DNA of 64,000 nt from Hyaloraphidium curvatum SAG 235-1 (GCA_025558095.1 JAIVFI010000015.1:124001-188000), one strand, 5' to 3'; shown: positions 1-12,100, numbered from the stretch's first letter. Numbers and translations: made by a program. The notes: generated by a model from the sequence alone, not told the origin.

Positions 1-278
1 AAAAGGTTGGTTAATCGGATCGGCGGCCGGAGAGTCGGCTGAGCCCTCAAGTGAACACGAACGCCGTGCCAAGCATGGATCCCGCAGAATAAGCGGTATG
101 CGATTGAATCATCGGTATCCTGCAGGTTCGATCTGGCTTCGGGCTCAATGGCAGCGAGCTTCTTCTACCTTCTCCCGAACATGGCACCACCTGCCCGTCC
201 CCCCATCGGGTCCCCGCTCCCCCATCACCACGATCGGGCGGCGCGGGCGCTGTCCCGTGAGGACGAAAACGCCACGCC

Positions 279-629
279 TTATCTAAGGTCGCCGCTTACA
301 ACGGGGGCGTCGAGCGCATCGGGGAGTCCATCACCGTCGCTGTCGCGCAGCGGGATCGCGTGCTCGTTGTTGCGCTCGTCGCACTCGACCACCGCGCCGG
401 TGATCGCGCCGCGTACGGAGCCGTCGTCGTCGACCACGGCCCACACCGCCGCGTCGGTGAGCGCGGGCGGAGAGGTCCAGGTGAGGGACACATCGACGAA
501 GCGTCCGGGGAGCAGCGGCGCTGCGAGGGTGGCCGTGCCGATGCGCGTCGAGGTCGCGAGGCGCGGATCGCCCGTGTAGAAGCTCACCGACGTTCCTGCG
601 GGGGCCGAGTGGCGAGGGCGAATGCAATG
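279..629 (-). pseudogene. Fragment of a bacterial-type CARDB (Ig-like) domain plus DxDxDG Ca-binding motif; no ATG, bounded by stops
   Basis: Frame reads APAGTSVSFYTGDP...LAAPLLPGRFVDVSLTW...VWAVVDDDG...VVECDERNN then DSDGDGLPDALD. An upstream in-frame TAG lies at about 630. Confidence 0.5.
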
Positions 630-760
630 CTATTCGAAAAGCGCCTCTTTAATCCAGATGCTCCCCGCATCAAGGCGATCTACATCATCTAGCCGTGCGA
701 TGTTCTACTTCCATTCGTCCTATCCCGTCCCGCCCCAAGTGCGAGTCAGACAGCCAGTTC

Positions 761-2852
761 TCACTTGGCCAGCTCCGGAAGGTCCATAAAGAGCGCCAGG
801 CTCTCCGGGTTGGCGATTGCCTCCACGTTCTTGACCTCCCTCCCCGCCACCACCTCCCTGACCGCCAGCTCGGTCAGCTTCCCAGACCGCGTCCTCGGGA
901 AATCGGCCACCGCCAGCACCACCGCGGGCACGTGCCGCGGCGACGCCCCCGTGCGGATCTGGTCCTTGATCCGCTTGACCAGCTCCGGCGTCAGGCTCTT
1001 GCCCTGGGCCAGGCGGACAAAGAGCACCACCCGCACGTCGTTGTCCCAGTCCTGCCCGATCGCGAGCGCCTCAACCACCTCGGGGATCAGCTCCACTTGC
1101 GCATAGATTTCGGCCGTGCCGATTCGCACCCCCTGCGGGTTGAGCGTCGCGTCGGACCGCCCGTGGATCACCATCCCGCCCCGCGCCGTCCACTCGGCAA
1201 AGTCACCGTGGTGCCACACGCCGGGGAACCGCTCGAAGTAGGCCGCGCGGTACTTTTTGCCCTGCGGGTCGTTCCAGAAGCCCACGGGCATGCTCGGGAA
1301 GGGCTTGGTGCAGACGAGCTCGCCCTTCTCGCACCGCACGGGGCGCCCGTCCTCGCTCCAGACGTCCACGGCCATACCCAGGCCGGCGGCTTGGATCTCG
1401 CCGCGGTACACGGGGGCCGTGGGGTCGCCGAGGACGAAGCACGAGACGATGTCGGTGCCGCCCGAGATGGAGGCGAGGTGGAGGTCGGATTTGATGGCCT
1501 GGTAGACGTACGAGAAGGTTTCGGGTGCGAGAGGGGAGCCGGTGGAGGTCACGGCACGGAGGGAAGAGAGGTCGTGGGTGTCGCGGGGGCGGAGGTTGGC
1601 CTTGCGGAGGCCATCGAGGTACTTGGCCGAGGTGCCAAAGAGCGCAAACTTCTCCTGCTCGGCATAGTCGAATAGGATGCCCGGAGCAGGGTGGAACGGC
1701 GAGCCGTCGTAGAGGCACAGCGTTTCGCCGAGTGCGAGGCCCGAAACCAGCCAATTCCACATCATCCACCCGCAGGTAGCAAAGTAGAAGGCCCGGTCGC
1801 CCTCGCGGAGGTCGCACTGGTACGCGTGCTCCTTGACGTGCTGGATCAACGAGCCGCCCGCCGAGTGCACGATGCACTTGGGTATTCCGGTCTGCGGGGC
1901 GGTTTGGTGAGACCGAAGTCCGACACGTGGACAAACAACCACATACGGTGCCCGACGAGAACAGAATGTACAGCGGGTGCGAGAACGGCATCCTCTCAAA
2001 GATCGGTTCCGTCTCGGAGGACGGCGCCACGGCATCGGCGAAAGTCGTCCCGTTGCCCAGCGACTCCGCCAGCGCCCCGGCCTCGCCGAGGTAGTCCACG
2101 ACCAGCACTGCCTTGACGGTGGGCAGCTGTCCAGCAACTTCGCGGACCTTGTCCCCAACCATGATCGGCTTGTTCGCGTAGTGGTACCCGTCGACGCTAG
2201 GTGTGGAATTGAGAATTCAGCTAGATGCTACGACCTTGTCGACGTGAAGGTCTCACCTGACGAACACCTTGGGCTCGATCTGGCCGAAGCGGTCCATTAC
2301 CCCGCGGACGCCAAAGTCGGGGGAGCACGACGAGAAAACGGCGCCGATGCCGTTAACGGCGAGCAGCACGGCGATAGTTTCGGGCATGTTTGGCAACATA
2401 GCTGCCACCCGGTCTCCCTTGGTGACGCCCTGGGCCAAGAGCCAGCGCTGCAGCCCGGCCACGGTCGAACGGAGGTGATCCCACGACCAGCGCGCCCGGG
2501 CTTTGTCCTCGCCCCAGAACACAATGGCGTCGCCGGGGCCCTTCCTCTGCAGCAGGTTCTCGGCGTAGCATATCTGGGCGTCGGGGAAGAACCGGGTCCC
2601 CGGCATGCCCTCCCTGTCGACCATGCGCTCGCCCCGCTCGCCGACGAGCCCGCAGTCGTCCCACACGGCGGCCCAGAACTCGCCCGGGTGCGCGACCGAC
2701 GCGGTGTGAAGCTCCTTGTAGTCGTTTATCGGGACCCCGAGCCGCGAGGAGAGGGCACTGCGGAGCCTGTGAAGATTGGCGCCGGCGGCCCGAGCGGGCG
2801 AGGGAGTCCACAGCGGGGGCTCGGCGACCGCGGCGAAGTCGACGGAGGGCAT
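761..2852 (-). CDS. AACS: Acetoacetyl-CoA synthetase (acetoacetate-CoA ligase); exons 2852-2257, 2196-1947, 1891-761
   Basis: Splicing restores FVSVDGYHY and the AMP-binding motif YILFSSGT|TGIPKCIVH. Also [40 protein letters not shown] and PRTRSGK. GT-AG introns of 60 and 55 nt. Confidence 0.93.
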
Positions 2853-3380
2853 GCCTACGAGCGCCGCGGGTGCCAGGATGGGGAAGGAGGTGCGGAATGG
2901 CTAGAGTCGGGGAGCAAAAGTGCGTCACAGGCGATGGGGCGGAAATTCCCCAGCCCGGGCTGGGCTCGACATGGTGCGTTCCGGAGAGGCAAACCAGGGG
3001 CAATTGCTTGCAGCAGCAGGCCGGGGCGGCCAAATGGGAAAAGTCTGGAATGACTGATGCCTTAAGGATAGAATTCCTTGGGTTTCCGTCGCGCGATGTC
3101 CAGGACCGTGCCAAGAAAGGAGGAGTGAAGAGTTCCCGCTCCGCTCCCGTCCTGTCTCCTCCCCTTCGCCCCACCATGCGGCAGCGGCGTGGATTGCATA
3201 CCATTCAGGCTAACAGAGGTCATTATCACCGTGTGAGCAGCTTCTGCCTGCGTGACGATGAGCTGTCCGGGCACGGCGAACGACACGACGATCCCTTGGG
3301 GCATCGGGAGACACCTCGGAACATTCCGCCCGGATCCTACGCCATCGCCGGCGATCTCACCTTCGTCCGCCTTGCGGACA

Positions 3381-5068
3381 ATGCCCACTCCGGAGCCCTT
3401 CACTTTTGCGGTCCCCGAAACCGTCCTCGAGGACCTCCGCTCGCGCCTTCGCGCGACGCGTTACCCCGACGACTCGCTCGCCAACGAGGAAGGCGGCGGC
3501 CTGACGTGGAAGTACGGCATGCCCACGAACGTGGCGCGGAAGCTCGTGGACCACTGGCTCAACAAGTACGACTGGAGGAAGTGGGAGGCCAAAATGAACA
3601 CGTTCAAGAACTTCAAGCTGGAGGTCGCGGTGCCCGTCGGCGCCGCGCCCGACGACCCGAGGGGCAACGGGACGGTGCGGGTGCACTTTATCCACGAGCG
3701 GTCCAAGAGGGCGGACGCGATCCCGCTGCTCGTGCTCCACGGGTGGCCGACGCAGCCGTTCGAGGTGGACCGCAACGCATTCGCCTCGACGGCTGCCGCA
3801 CTGACGAGGTTCTTCCGTGCTGCCATCGGGCCAGTTCATGGACCTCATCGGACCCCTCACCTCGCCCCCCGACAACTCCACGCCCGCCTTCCACGTCGTG
3901 TGCCCCAGCCTCGTCGGCTTCGGCTTCTCCGACGCGGCCCCTGTCGCCGGGTTCGGCTGCCAGGAGCAGGCCAAGGTCATGGACGTGATCATGCGTACGA
4001 CCGGTACAGTGGGTTCCTGCCTGTGCGGTGCCGCCTGCCTTCGACCTCGCTGAATCGGGTCCGCGCAGTGGTCCAGGCCGGGGACTTCGGCGCCATGATA
4101 GGGCACATGATGTGCGCCCTCCTGCCGGACAGCTGCCGCGCCTACCACGTGCGTCATCCGCGCGCTCCTGTCCGCGGCTGACAGCTCCCTCGCTCCCTTC
4201 CATCCCAGACCAACTTCGACGGCTGCTTCATCCCGACCCCCGGCGTCGAACTCCCTCCCCCCACCCCCTTCGAGAAGGACCGCCTCGACCGCTCCCGCGC
4301 CGGATTCGAATCGGACGGCCGCGGATACTTCGCAATACAGTCCACGCGCCCGCAGAGCCTTGCTTACGGGCTCAGCGATTCGCCCGCGGGCTTGCTGGCG
4401 TGGATCGGCAAGTTCTTCGTGGGTGGCTCCGCGCCGCCGGACGCGCGCCGCCGCCGCGTGACGCGGACGGACCCGCTTCCGCAGCACGAGATCGTGGACC
4501 TGAGGGGAGGGGACGGGGACTTTTCGCCGTCGATGAGCTACGACCATCTCCTGACCAACGTCATGGTGTACTGGGTCACGTAAGCCTTCCCGAACTTGCG
4601 GCGACACCGCCGCTTTCAGGTGACGCCTGACCTCCCCATCCCCAGGAACACCATATCCTCGTCGGTTAGGCAGTACTACAACTTCGTCAACACGGACGAC
4701 GCCGTCATCGCCGCAACCACCAAGCTTCCCCAGCCCGTGGCCGTCGCCGCCTTCCCGATGGAGATCCACGCGCAGCACCGGGCGGCGGTGCAGCACCGCT
4801 GCGTGCAGGACGTCAGGTGGACCGAGTTCGAGTTCGGGGGGTGGGTGGCCGTCCAGGTGCGGTGCGGATGATATCGCGGCTCACGGGAAGATGGAAAGGC
4901 ACTTTGCGTCGCTGGAGCGGCCGCAAGACCTCGTGGGCGACGTGCGGGCTTTCGCCGCGGAGCCAGTGGGTGCCCGATCGAGGCTGCCAAGGCTGCTGTG
5001 CTGATCCCGCGCGATGCGCTCGGCAGCGAGTCAAGGCTGCCCTGGCAGGGACGGAGGAGAAGCTGTAG
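3381..5068 (+). CDS. Microsomal-type epoxide hydrolase (EHN domain plus alpha/beta hydrolase), multi-exon
   Basis: PFTFAVPETVLEDLRSRL N-terminus, HGWP oxyanion motif, PSLVGFGFS, QAGDFG nucleophile, GLSDSPAGLLAWI, GHFASLERP. The last intron (about 4966-5026) gives ...RVKAALAGTEEKL*. Some internal junctions are approximate. Confidence 0.88.
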
Positions 5069-5099
5069 ACAACAGTGGATTGTCCATCCGTTGCGAAAA

Positions 5100-6602
5100 T
5101 CAACCATAGCAGTACGACTCGAGCACTACGGCGACCCCCAGCCCGCGCAGAATCCCCCACAGCGCGAATCCGACCGTCAGCAGCGTCGCCACGAGCGCGC
5201 GCAGCGTCCCGTAGGTCACCTCGAACCCCAGGAACCTCGCCGGCGCCCACCTTGCCGCGCACGCCTCCAGCTGCGCCGCGTGGTCGCGCAGCTCCGCGGC
5301 TGCCGCGGGATCCGGAAGGCCGGCGCGGGCCGCGCTGCCCGCCGATTTCGCGGCGATCCCGCGGGCGGCGGATGCGGCCTTGCGGAGGACGGCGGCGGCG
5401 GCGCCGATCCGGGCGTTGGACGCCGCGTAGACCGCGAGCACGTCGAGGACGTAGCAGAGCCACCACGCGCCCGCGCAGAGCTCCCATACCGGGACGCAGG
5501 CGCCCGCGGCCAGGTTCAGCACGATGGCGGGGAGGAGGGCGGCGGAGCTGACGGCGACGGTGCGGAAGATGCGGAGGTGGTGCCAGGCGTCCCAGGCGTG
5601 CGTGAGGTGGTCGAGGATGGCGTAGACGGGGTCCCAGTCGCGTTCGACATCGGCAGGCCCGGCGGGGGAGTGCCGGTATCCGTCCAGGACGTGCCCGATC
5701 TCGACGGCGAGGCAGCGGCAGATGAGCCGCGCCGACAGCTGCGTCATCGGCGCCCTGAAAATCTTCAGCGCGATCGCGTCCAGGAAGAAGTTGTAGACGA
5801 GGATCATCGCCAGGACGCCGGCACCGATAAGGGTTCCCCACGACGTTTTCCAGAGGACCGCGGATGAAACCATGGGCGTCCACAGCGGGGTGAAGCTCAA
5901 CCCAAACGACAGCAGGACCACCATCCGGACCACAAAGTCGCCGAGCGCCCACAATCCGGCCCGGTGGCCCAGGTTCCCCGCGCACGACGGCAGCGGGCAG
6001 GCGCAGAGCGGGTCGCCGTCCCCGTGCCGCACGAGCCGCCCCGCGGACGGCACGGCCGGTTCTTCGTCCGGGGGGGATTTCCCGCCGCCGGTACGTTCGG
6101 AAGCCGCGGCGCGGTCGACGAGCGTCCGCCACCGCCAGAGCAGGGTCAGCTGGTGCGACCGCAGGTCCCTCTTCGCGTCCCACGTCCGGAAAATGCCATG
6201 CACGGGCCAGTAGGTCGCGAGGGCGAACACGGCGTATGCCACCGATCCCACCGCGATGTTCGTTGCGCCGAAGGGCGCCGTCGTCCCCGCGAGGCCCGGG
6301 TACGCGGCGACGAGCGCCACGGCGGCCGCGTGCAGCGGGATGCCCGCCGCGAGGAGCCAGCGCGCCGGGCCCGGCCGGTCGAGCGCCAGGAAGCAAAGCG
6401 CGAAAACGCCGAGCAGCCGCGACGAGCGCGAGGCGGCGCGCTGCAGCGAGGCGGCGGTCGGCGGCTCCGCCGCGGCGAGGGACGCGTGCAGCGCCCGCCG
6501 CGCGCCGTCCGATTCGCCGCCGTCGAACGGTCTCCGCGGGGGCGGCCGGGCGACGAACGGCAGCGCCGTGCAAAGCTCCTCGTCCGTCAGCGCGCCGGGC
6601 AT
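5100..6602 (-). CDS. 7-TM membrane protein, gustatory-receptor-like (7TMIC) family, copy 1 (500 aa, intronless)
   Basis: About 7 hydrophobic segments, motif HGDGDPLCACPLPSC, C-terminus ARFLGFEVTYGTLRALVATLLTVGFALWGILRG...ESYCYG. Paralogous to 12784, 41568 and 53975. Confidence 0.75.
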   Translation of the reverse strand: MPGALTDEELCTALPFVARPPPRRPFDGGESDGARRALHASLAAAEPPTAASLQRAASRSSRLLGVFALCFLALDRPGPARWLLAAGIPLHAAAVALVAAYPGLAGTTAPFGATNIAVGSVAYAVFALATYWPVHGIFRTWDAKRDLRSHQLTLLWRWRTLVDRAAASERTGGGKSPPDEEPAVPSAGRLVRHGDGDPLCACPLPSCAGNLGHRAGLWALGDFVVRMVVLLSFGLSFTPLWTPMVSSAVLWKTSWGTLIGAGVLAMILVYNFFLDAIALKIFRAPMTQLSARLICRCLAVEIGHVLDGYRHSPAGPADVERDWDPVYAILDHLTHAWDAWHHLRIFRTVAVSSAALLPAIVLNLAAGACVPVWELCAGAWWLCYVLDVLAVYAASNARIGAAAAVLRKAASAARGIAAKSAGSAARAGLPDPAAAAELRDHAAQLEACAARWAPARFLGFEVTYGTLRALVATLLTVGFALWGILRGLGVAVVLESYCYG

Positions 6603-6864
6603 CGTGGTCTGGCAAGGGGAGCCCGTGGCGGGCGGCGTGAAACCGCGCACTAGCACAAGCCCAGCCCCTTCTGAGCCTGAGGAACCCCGCGCAGCATCCA
6701 AGGAACCACGGGGCCCGATGTCCATCGCGACGAACACCCGCCCCTGCACACCACGCTCCCCTGCAGCCCATCAAGCGACCGCAACGCGCCCCAACGACCT
6801 TGCCCGCAAACGGAAAGCCGCACAACCGCCCCATGGCGAACGCCGTCCCGCGACCGACCGGCCC

Positions 6865-8170
6865 CTACGTCCCCCCCCCCTGCTCCCCCTCCACCGCCCC
6901 CTCCTCCGCCTCCATCCCCGCGAACCAAGCGTGCCCCAGCGCCTCCTCCGCCGACGGCCTCCCCGCCGCCTCCCTCCCCATCATCCACCGAATCAGCCCC
7001 CTGGCCTCCTCCGACACCCTCCCTTCCCCTCCGGCTGCGTCGGGAAACCCGAACTGCGCGTTGTTGATCCGCGCAAACAGCGCCTGGTACCCGCCCGCGT
7101 CCTCGAACGGGTTGCGGCCAAAGAGCAGCTCGTAGGCGATGCAGCCGAGCGACCAGACGTCCACGAGGGAGGTGTAGGGTTCGCCGCGCACGATTTCGGG
7201 GGCGAGGTACTGACGTGGGGTGTCAGCGAACGGCGTGCGGGGACGGGAACGTGGGGACGTACGAGCGGGGTGCCCGTGACGGTCCTCATCAGCGTCCCCG
7301 GCCTGCCCACCGACGAGCCCTCCGAGGACGACCCGGACCCGGCGGTCGCGGGCCCGTCGTCGGCGGGGCCGACGAAGCTCCCCGCGAAGTCCACGACCAC
7401 CGCCGACCCCACGTCCTCGGGATCCCGCAGCAGCACGTTGGAAGATTTGAGGTCGCGGTGGACGATGCCGTGCCGGTGCAGGTACGCGAGGGTCTGCAGC
7501 AGGGTGCGGACCAGGCGCCGCGCGAGGGGTTCGGGGAGGCGCCCGCCGTGCCGCTCGAGGAGGTGCGTGAGGTCCCCGCCGGGGGCGTAGCTGACCACGA
7601 TGTAGCTGGCCCAACGCGCGGTCAGTTCGAACGGCGGGAAAGACGCGCCGCACCGGCGGCCACGCACAACTTGTCCGCCGTCTCGAACATCTCTTGGTAC
7701 TCGGGCAGGTGCGGGTGTCCGTTGTGCCCCCGCATCACCTCGAACCTCCTGCGGATGGTGCGCTCCATCGCCTGCCTGCTTGCCAGCGCCGCGGCGGCGG
7801 TGGCGGCGCCCATCGTCGGCGCGGGGAGCGGCAGCTTGGGCATGGCCTTGAGGCAGGCGACGGCGCCGGTCTCGCGGTTGCGCACGAGGCGCACGGTGCC
7901 TTTTTCCCGGCATCGGAGGGGTGAGATCGCGGGGTTCCGTAGGGAGGGAGGGACGCGTGCGGACCTTCGCTGCCCTTGCCGACGAGCTGCAGCTCCTTGA
8001 ACGCGCTCCGGCGGCGCTTGCCGAGGGAGTATCGCTCCAGATCCTCCGGAGAAACCAAGCCCAGCCACGAAGGGAGCGTCGCCGCGCCCCGCGGGGTTTT
8101 CGGGGAGGCGGGCGCGCCGCGGGGGGGCGGCGGCGGAGGAGGGCGCGGGCGCCGCGGGGGGTCGCGGCAT
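6865..8170 (-). CDS. Ser/Thr protein kinase (CAMK-like); introns 7900-7964, 7606-7667, 7210-7262; start uncertain
   Basis: VGKGSEG|TV Gly loop, ACLK, HRDLKSSN, DFA (DFG variant), GTPL|YLAPE, DVWSLGC, RPSAEEALGHAWF. Confidence 0.85.
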
Positions 8171-8449
8171 TGCGGGCGGCGCGGGGGCGGCACAGGGGCC
8201 GCGGCCGCGGCGGTGCGGGGCCCGGAGGGATCGCAGCGATGCGGACGGCGGCGACCGGTGGCCGTGCGGCTGCCGCGGCGACGAGTGGGGCGTGTCGTGG
8301 CGGAGGCCGCGGGGGACTGGCTGACGCGCTCCTCCGCGCGTCGAACCGCCGCCGCCCGAAAGCGACGCGTCGAACGGCGGAAGGGGTCGATCCCTCGGCG
8401 GGAAATCAGGCAGGCATTCGGTCCCGCAAGGGAGGGCGGCGGCGAAGGG

Positions 8450-9649
8450 ATGGGCGGACGCGGAGGCGATGCGGGGCCGAGCGGCGCCCCCGCCGACGGG
8501 GCGGCAGCGGACGGACCGGCGGGCCCGATCGGGGCCGAAGACGCCGCTGCCGAACGGGCACAGCTCGCCGAGGCCATGTTCCACCCGCAGCCGGGGGCCG
8601 ACGAGCGCGCGATGGACGCCGCGTTCGCCCGCGGCGGCACCGGCGCGCTCGTGGCCCTCCTCCTCGACGCGCTGGAGCTCTCCGGCCAGCGCGGGCTCGA
8701 AGGCGATGCGGCGCCGCGGCGCTGGACGGAGCAGGCGATCCTGCACGTCTTCGGGCGGGGCCGTCTCCGCCGCCGGTCGGACCTCGACCCGCGGCAGCTC
8801 GCCGCGGCGGCGCGGCTCTCGCGCTACGAATTCCGCGGGCCCTTCCTATACGCCGGGCTGCCCGCGCGGCGCTCCGTCCGGCGCGCGTGGCTGGACCTGG
8901 ACGGCCCGGGCCCGCTCAGCGTGCCCGTCCCCGCCCCGATCGGCGGCGAGCAGGCGGAGGGACCGCTCTGGTGGGCGCTGCTCTCGCTGATGGACGAGAG
9001 CTGGGACGCCGTGCTGGACGTGCAGCGGTCGCTCCCACCCCCGGTGCTCCTCGAGGCGCGCGCGCAGTACGCCTTGCTCGAGCCGGACAGGGACTTCACC
9101 GACCAGGATTTCGGCCTCGAGCCCCTCTCCGAGGCCGTCGCATCGCTCGGCCCCGCCGCGGCACCCTGGGGCCGCAGGACGCTGGACCGCCTCCTGGCCG
9201 CGGGCCAGCGGCGCTCCCCCTTCGCGACCATCTGCTTCCTCGCCGCGTCGCACGCGTTCCCCGACGGACAACAATTCCCCGAAGCATGGGACCCGCTGAT
9301 CGACCCCTCGCACGTCGGGCCGGAGCCGTACGACGCCGGGTTCCGCGCGATCGCGGCGCGGGTGCCGCTCCCCCGCCTCGAGCGGGTCTTCCTGTCGCAC
9401 GTGCGGGAGCTGGGTGCCTTCGGCGCGGCCAGGGCGGCGCCGCACGTGTGGGCGTGCCCGACGGAGGCCGTGACGGGGGGGATGCTGGCCGCCGTCGACG
9501 CGGAGGGCGCGGAGGAGGAGGCGCGGGCGGCGGTAGGTGCGCTGCGTGCGGCAAGGGGGGAGCGGGGGGTGGCTGCCGCGCTGGGTTCGTACGTTGCGCG
9601 GACATGGCACCTCCGGGAGCTCCTTGCCGACGCGGCGCAAAGCGTATGA
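8450..9649 (+). CDS. Hypothetical intronless protein (~400 aa), probably helical
   Basis: Long ORF with normal amino-acid composition and GC3-biased codons from about 8576. No family recognised. Confidence 0.6.
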   Translation: MGGRGGDAGPSGAPADGAAADGPAGPIGAEDAAAERAQLAEAMFHPQPGADERAMDAAFARGGTGALVALLLDALELSGQRGLEGDAAPRRWTEQAILHVFGRGRLRRRSDLDPRQLAAAARLSRYEFRGPFLYAGLPARRSVRRAWLDLDGPGPLSVPVPAPIGGEQAEGPLWWALLSLMDESWDAVLDVQRSLPPPVLLEARAQYALLEPDRDFTDQDFGLEPLSEAVASLGPAAAPWGRRTLDRLLAAGQRRSPFATICFLAASHAFPDGQQFPEAWDPLIDPSHVGPEPYDAGFRAIAARVPLPRLERVFLSHVRELGAFGAARAAPHVWACPTEAVTGGMLAAVDAEGAEEEARAAVGALRAARGERGVAAALGSYVARTWHLRELLADAAQSV

Positions 9650-10573
9650 TCTCTGCCAGCGCCCCGTGCGGGGCGTGCCTCACGGCCCTAGGAGGATCCC
9701 GCCGCCCATCCCCCATGCGTTCCGCCGAGGCGCGCCGTGTGCCGTACCATCGGACCTCCCGCGTCCCATTCCTTGCGGTCGCGCGGGTGGGGTTTCGGCC
9801 CGCGGCCGGGCTTATCTCCCCCCTCGGGAGGGGAGCCTAGCCGCCCGGTCCCGCCTCGTGCCTGCCGTTCCCCGCCCGCGCGGTCACCGGCGGGCAAGCA
9901 TCGCTATCGGAAAATCCGGCGGGGGTCTTGCGGATGCGGGGGCGCGAGGGGGCGTATCGGCGGGTGCGGTCGGGCCGGCTGGGAACGTTCGGAAACCCGA
10001 CCCCGGAGAAGGCCGGGCGGTTCGCGCCCGCCCGGCCGAGGGAACGCCGATCGAGCAGACTCCTGATCGTGTAGCGGATCGATGGCTTGGAGGCAGAATA
10101 CGATGATCAATACTTGAGGCGTGTCTGGCATCACGTGGGCTGACTTTTGCCGTTCCGGGGCCCTGGGATCGGACCGTCGGATCTGGCCGGTGCGTCGGGG
10201 CAGTCAGGTGCCTTTGCCACCCTCTCCCGGGTCGGCTTTGCGGCGCGGGCATGCACCCGTGTTTTCCGAACACCGCGGATGGCCCGCGGCCGGTGATGGC
10301 CCGCGGGGGCGTGCAAACACGTGCGGCTTGTTGGTCGGGGTTCCGCTAGGCCACGAGCTGGGAATGGCTGGTGTGGTGGGTCGCCGCTGCCGAAAGTCAG
10401 TCAGTCACGCCACCCCGGCTGCCTCCTCGGATCGGGGCCATCGCGCGGCGCAGTTGCCGCGGAGGGGAATCCGGGCGTTTCCGGGCGTGCGCGGCGCGGC
10501 GGCGGCGTTTCCGGCGCGCGGGGGGCGCGCGTTCCGCCGGCGCGGCCAAGGCCCGACGTTTGCCGGCAGAGCG

Positions 10574-12022
10574 ATGGCGGGGTACCCTCCCGGGCCGCCG
10601 GGCGGCGCGGCGGGCTTGTACGGCGGCGGCGGGGCCGGAGGCGGGGGAGGCGCCCCGCTGCAGCGCGGCTTCCCCGCCGGCAGCGCCCTCCCGCCGCCGC
10701 CCGCCCCCGCGCTCGACTACGGCCGCTACGGCTACCCGCCGCCGTTCTACGCGCAGCCGCCGCAGCCGTTTTATTCGCCTTCGTACCCGCCGCTCGGCCC
10801 GCCGCCCCCGCAGCCGCCGCCCGACGCGCCGGTGCCGCCCCACCCGGCGGCAATCCAGCCCGCCCAGCCGTACTACGCCCCGCCCCGCCCGGCATACCCG
10901 CCGTACGCGCCCTTCCCGCAGGACCCGCTGCGGCAGCCCGACCCCCAGGCGAGGCCCGATCCCCCCGCGGGGCAGCGGATGCCGCCGCCGCCCGCGCCCA
11001 CGTGGGACGCCCAGTACGCCCCGCCCGCCGCCTCCCTCCCCCCGCCGCTGCGCTCGCCCTCCGACCCCGCGGACCCGTCCAAGCTGGGCTGGAAGGACTG
11101 GTGGGCGACCTACCGCGCGCACCGCCCGGGCGACCCCGCGCCTCCCCCCGCGGGACCGACCGTGCCCGCACACCCTCCTTACCCGCCGCAGGGGGACTGG
11201 CCGCCCCACCCCGCCCCGCCGATCCCGCCCGCGGGCTACCCGTACCCCCCGCCCATCTCCACCAAGCGCCCCCCGGAGCCATCCGACGCGCCGCCCTCCC
11301 CGCCGGCCAAGCGCCCCGCCCCGCAGGCCCCGCCCGCGCGCGCCGAGCTGCCGCCGCTGAACGTGCCCATCCTCCGGCTGCCCGTGCGGTCGGCGCTGCA
11401 CGGGGAGCTGCCGGACTACGTGTACCGCGCGAGCCCCGAGGTGCAGCGCGAGGCCGGCCAGCCGGACGCATACTACCGGCCGGCGGGCCCAAGCGACGGC
11501 CGCTTCCCCGCGCGCGACTCGAAGAAGGTGATCCCCGCGCGCCCCGTGCCCCGCACCCGCTCACCGCGCCCGCGGCCGCAGAGGGACGAGAAGCTCCGCC
11601 GCGACCTGTTCAAGCGCCACCTCACGCAGCTCGTCTCGGCGATCCCCGGGCTGGACGCGCACGCCGACACCCGCAAGTCCATCCTCGTCTGCGCGCGCGA
11701 GTACCTGGCGCAGATCCAGTGGCGCGAGAGGAAGCTGCGCAGCCTGTGGATCGAGGACCAGGTGCGGAAAGGCAGGGCGTGGGAGGAGGCGGGCGAGGAG
11801 CTGGAGGGGGTGCTGGGCCGCGCGAGGGAGGCGGAGGAGCGGGCGGCGCGCGAGCGGGGCGCGGCCGGGCAGCCGGAGGAGGAGGGGGGTGGGGCGGTGG
11901 ACAGGGTGGGGTCGGAGGAGTCGGTGCCGTCTTCGGAGGTGGAGGGGAGCAGCGGCGGGAGGAAGGGCGGGGGGACGGGGGGGAGCAGCACCCCCGCGAG
12001 CGCGGGGGGGGCGGGGAGATGA
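10574..12022 (+). CDS. Pro/Tyr-rich bHLH(-ZIP)-like transcription factor; in-frame intron 11528-11581
   Basis: After splicing: RDSKK|RDEKLRRDLFKRHLTQLVSAIPGL...TRKSILVCAREYLAQIQ (basic E-x-x-RR, helix1-P, loop, KxxIL helix2), then a coiled coil. Confidence 0.7.
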   Translation: MAGYPPGPPGGAAGLYGGGGAGGGGGAPLQRGFPAGSALPPPPAPALDYGRYGYPPPFYAQPPQPFYSPSYPPLGPPPPQPPPDAPVPPHPAAIQPAQPYYAPPRPAYPPYAPFPQDPLRQPDPQARPDPPAGQRMPPPPAPTWDAQYAPPAASLPPPLRSPSDPADPSKLGWKDWWATYRAHRPGDPAPPPAGPTVPAHPPYPPQGDWPPHPAPPIPPAGYPYPPPISTKRPPEPSDAPPSPPAKRPAPQAPPARAELPPLNVPILRLPVRSALHGELPDYVYRASPEVQREAGQPDAYYRPAGPSDGRFPARDSKKVIPARPVPRTRSPRPRPQRDEKLRRDLFKRHLTQLVSAIPGLDAHADTRKSILVCAREYLAQIQWRERKLRSLWIEDQVRKGRAWEEAGEELEGVLGRAREAEERAARERGAAGQPEEEGGGAVDRVGSEESVPSSEVEGSSGGRKGGGTGGSSTPASAGGAGR

Positions 12023-12100
12023 CGGGCCGGGCGCCGGGATCATCGCTTTCTGCTGGGAACAAACATCAAACTCTTGCATTGTAGTCTAATCGCTCGGACG

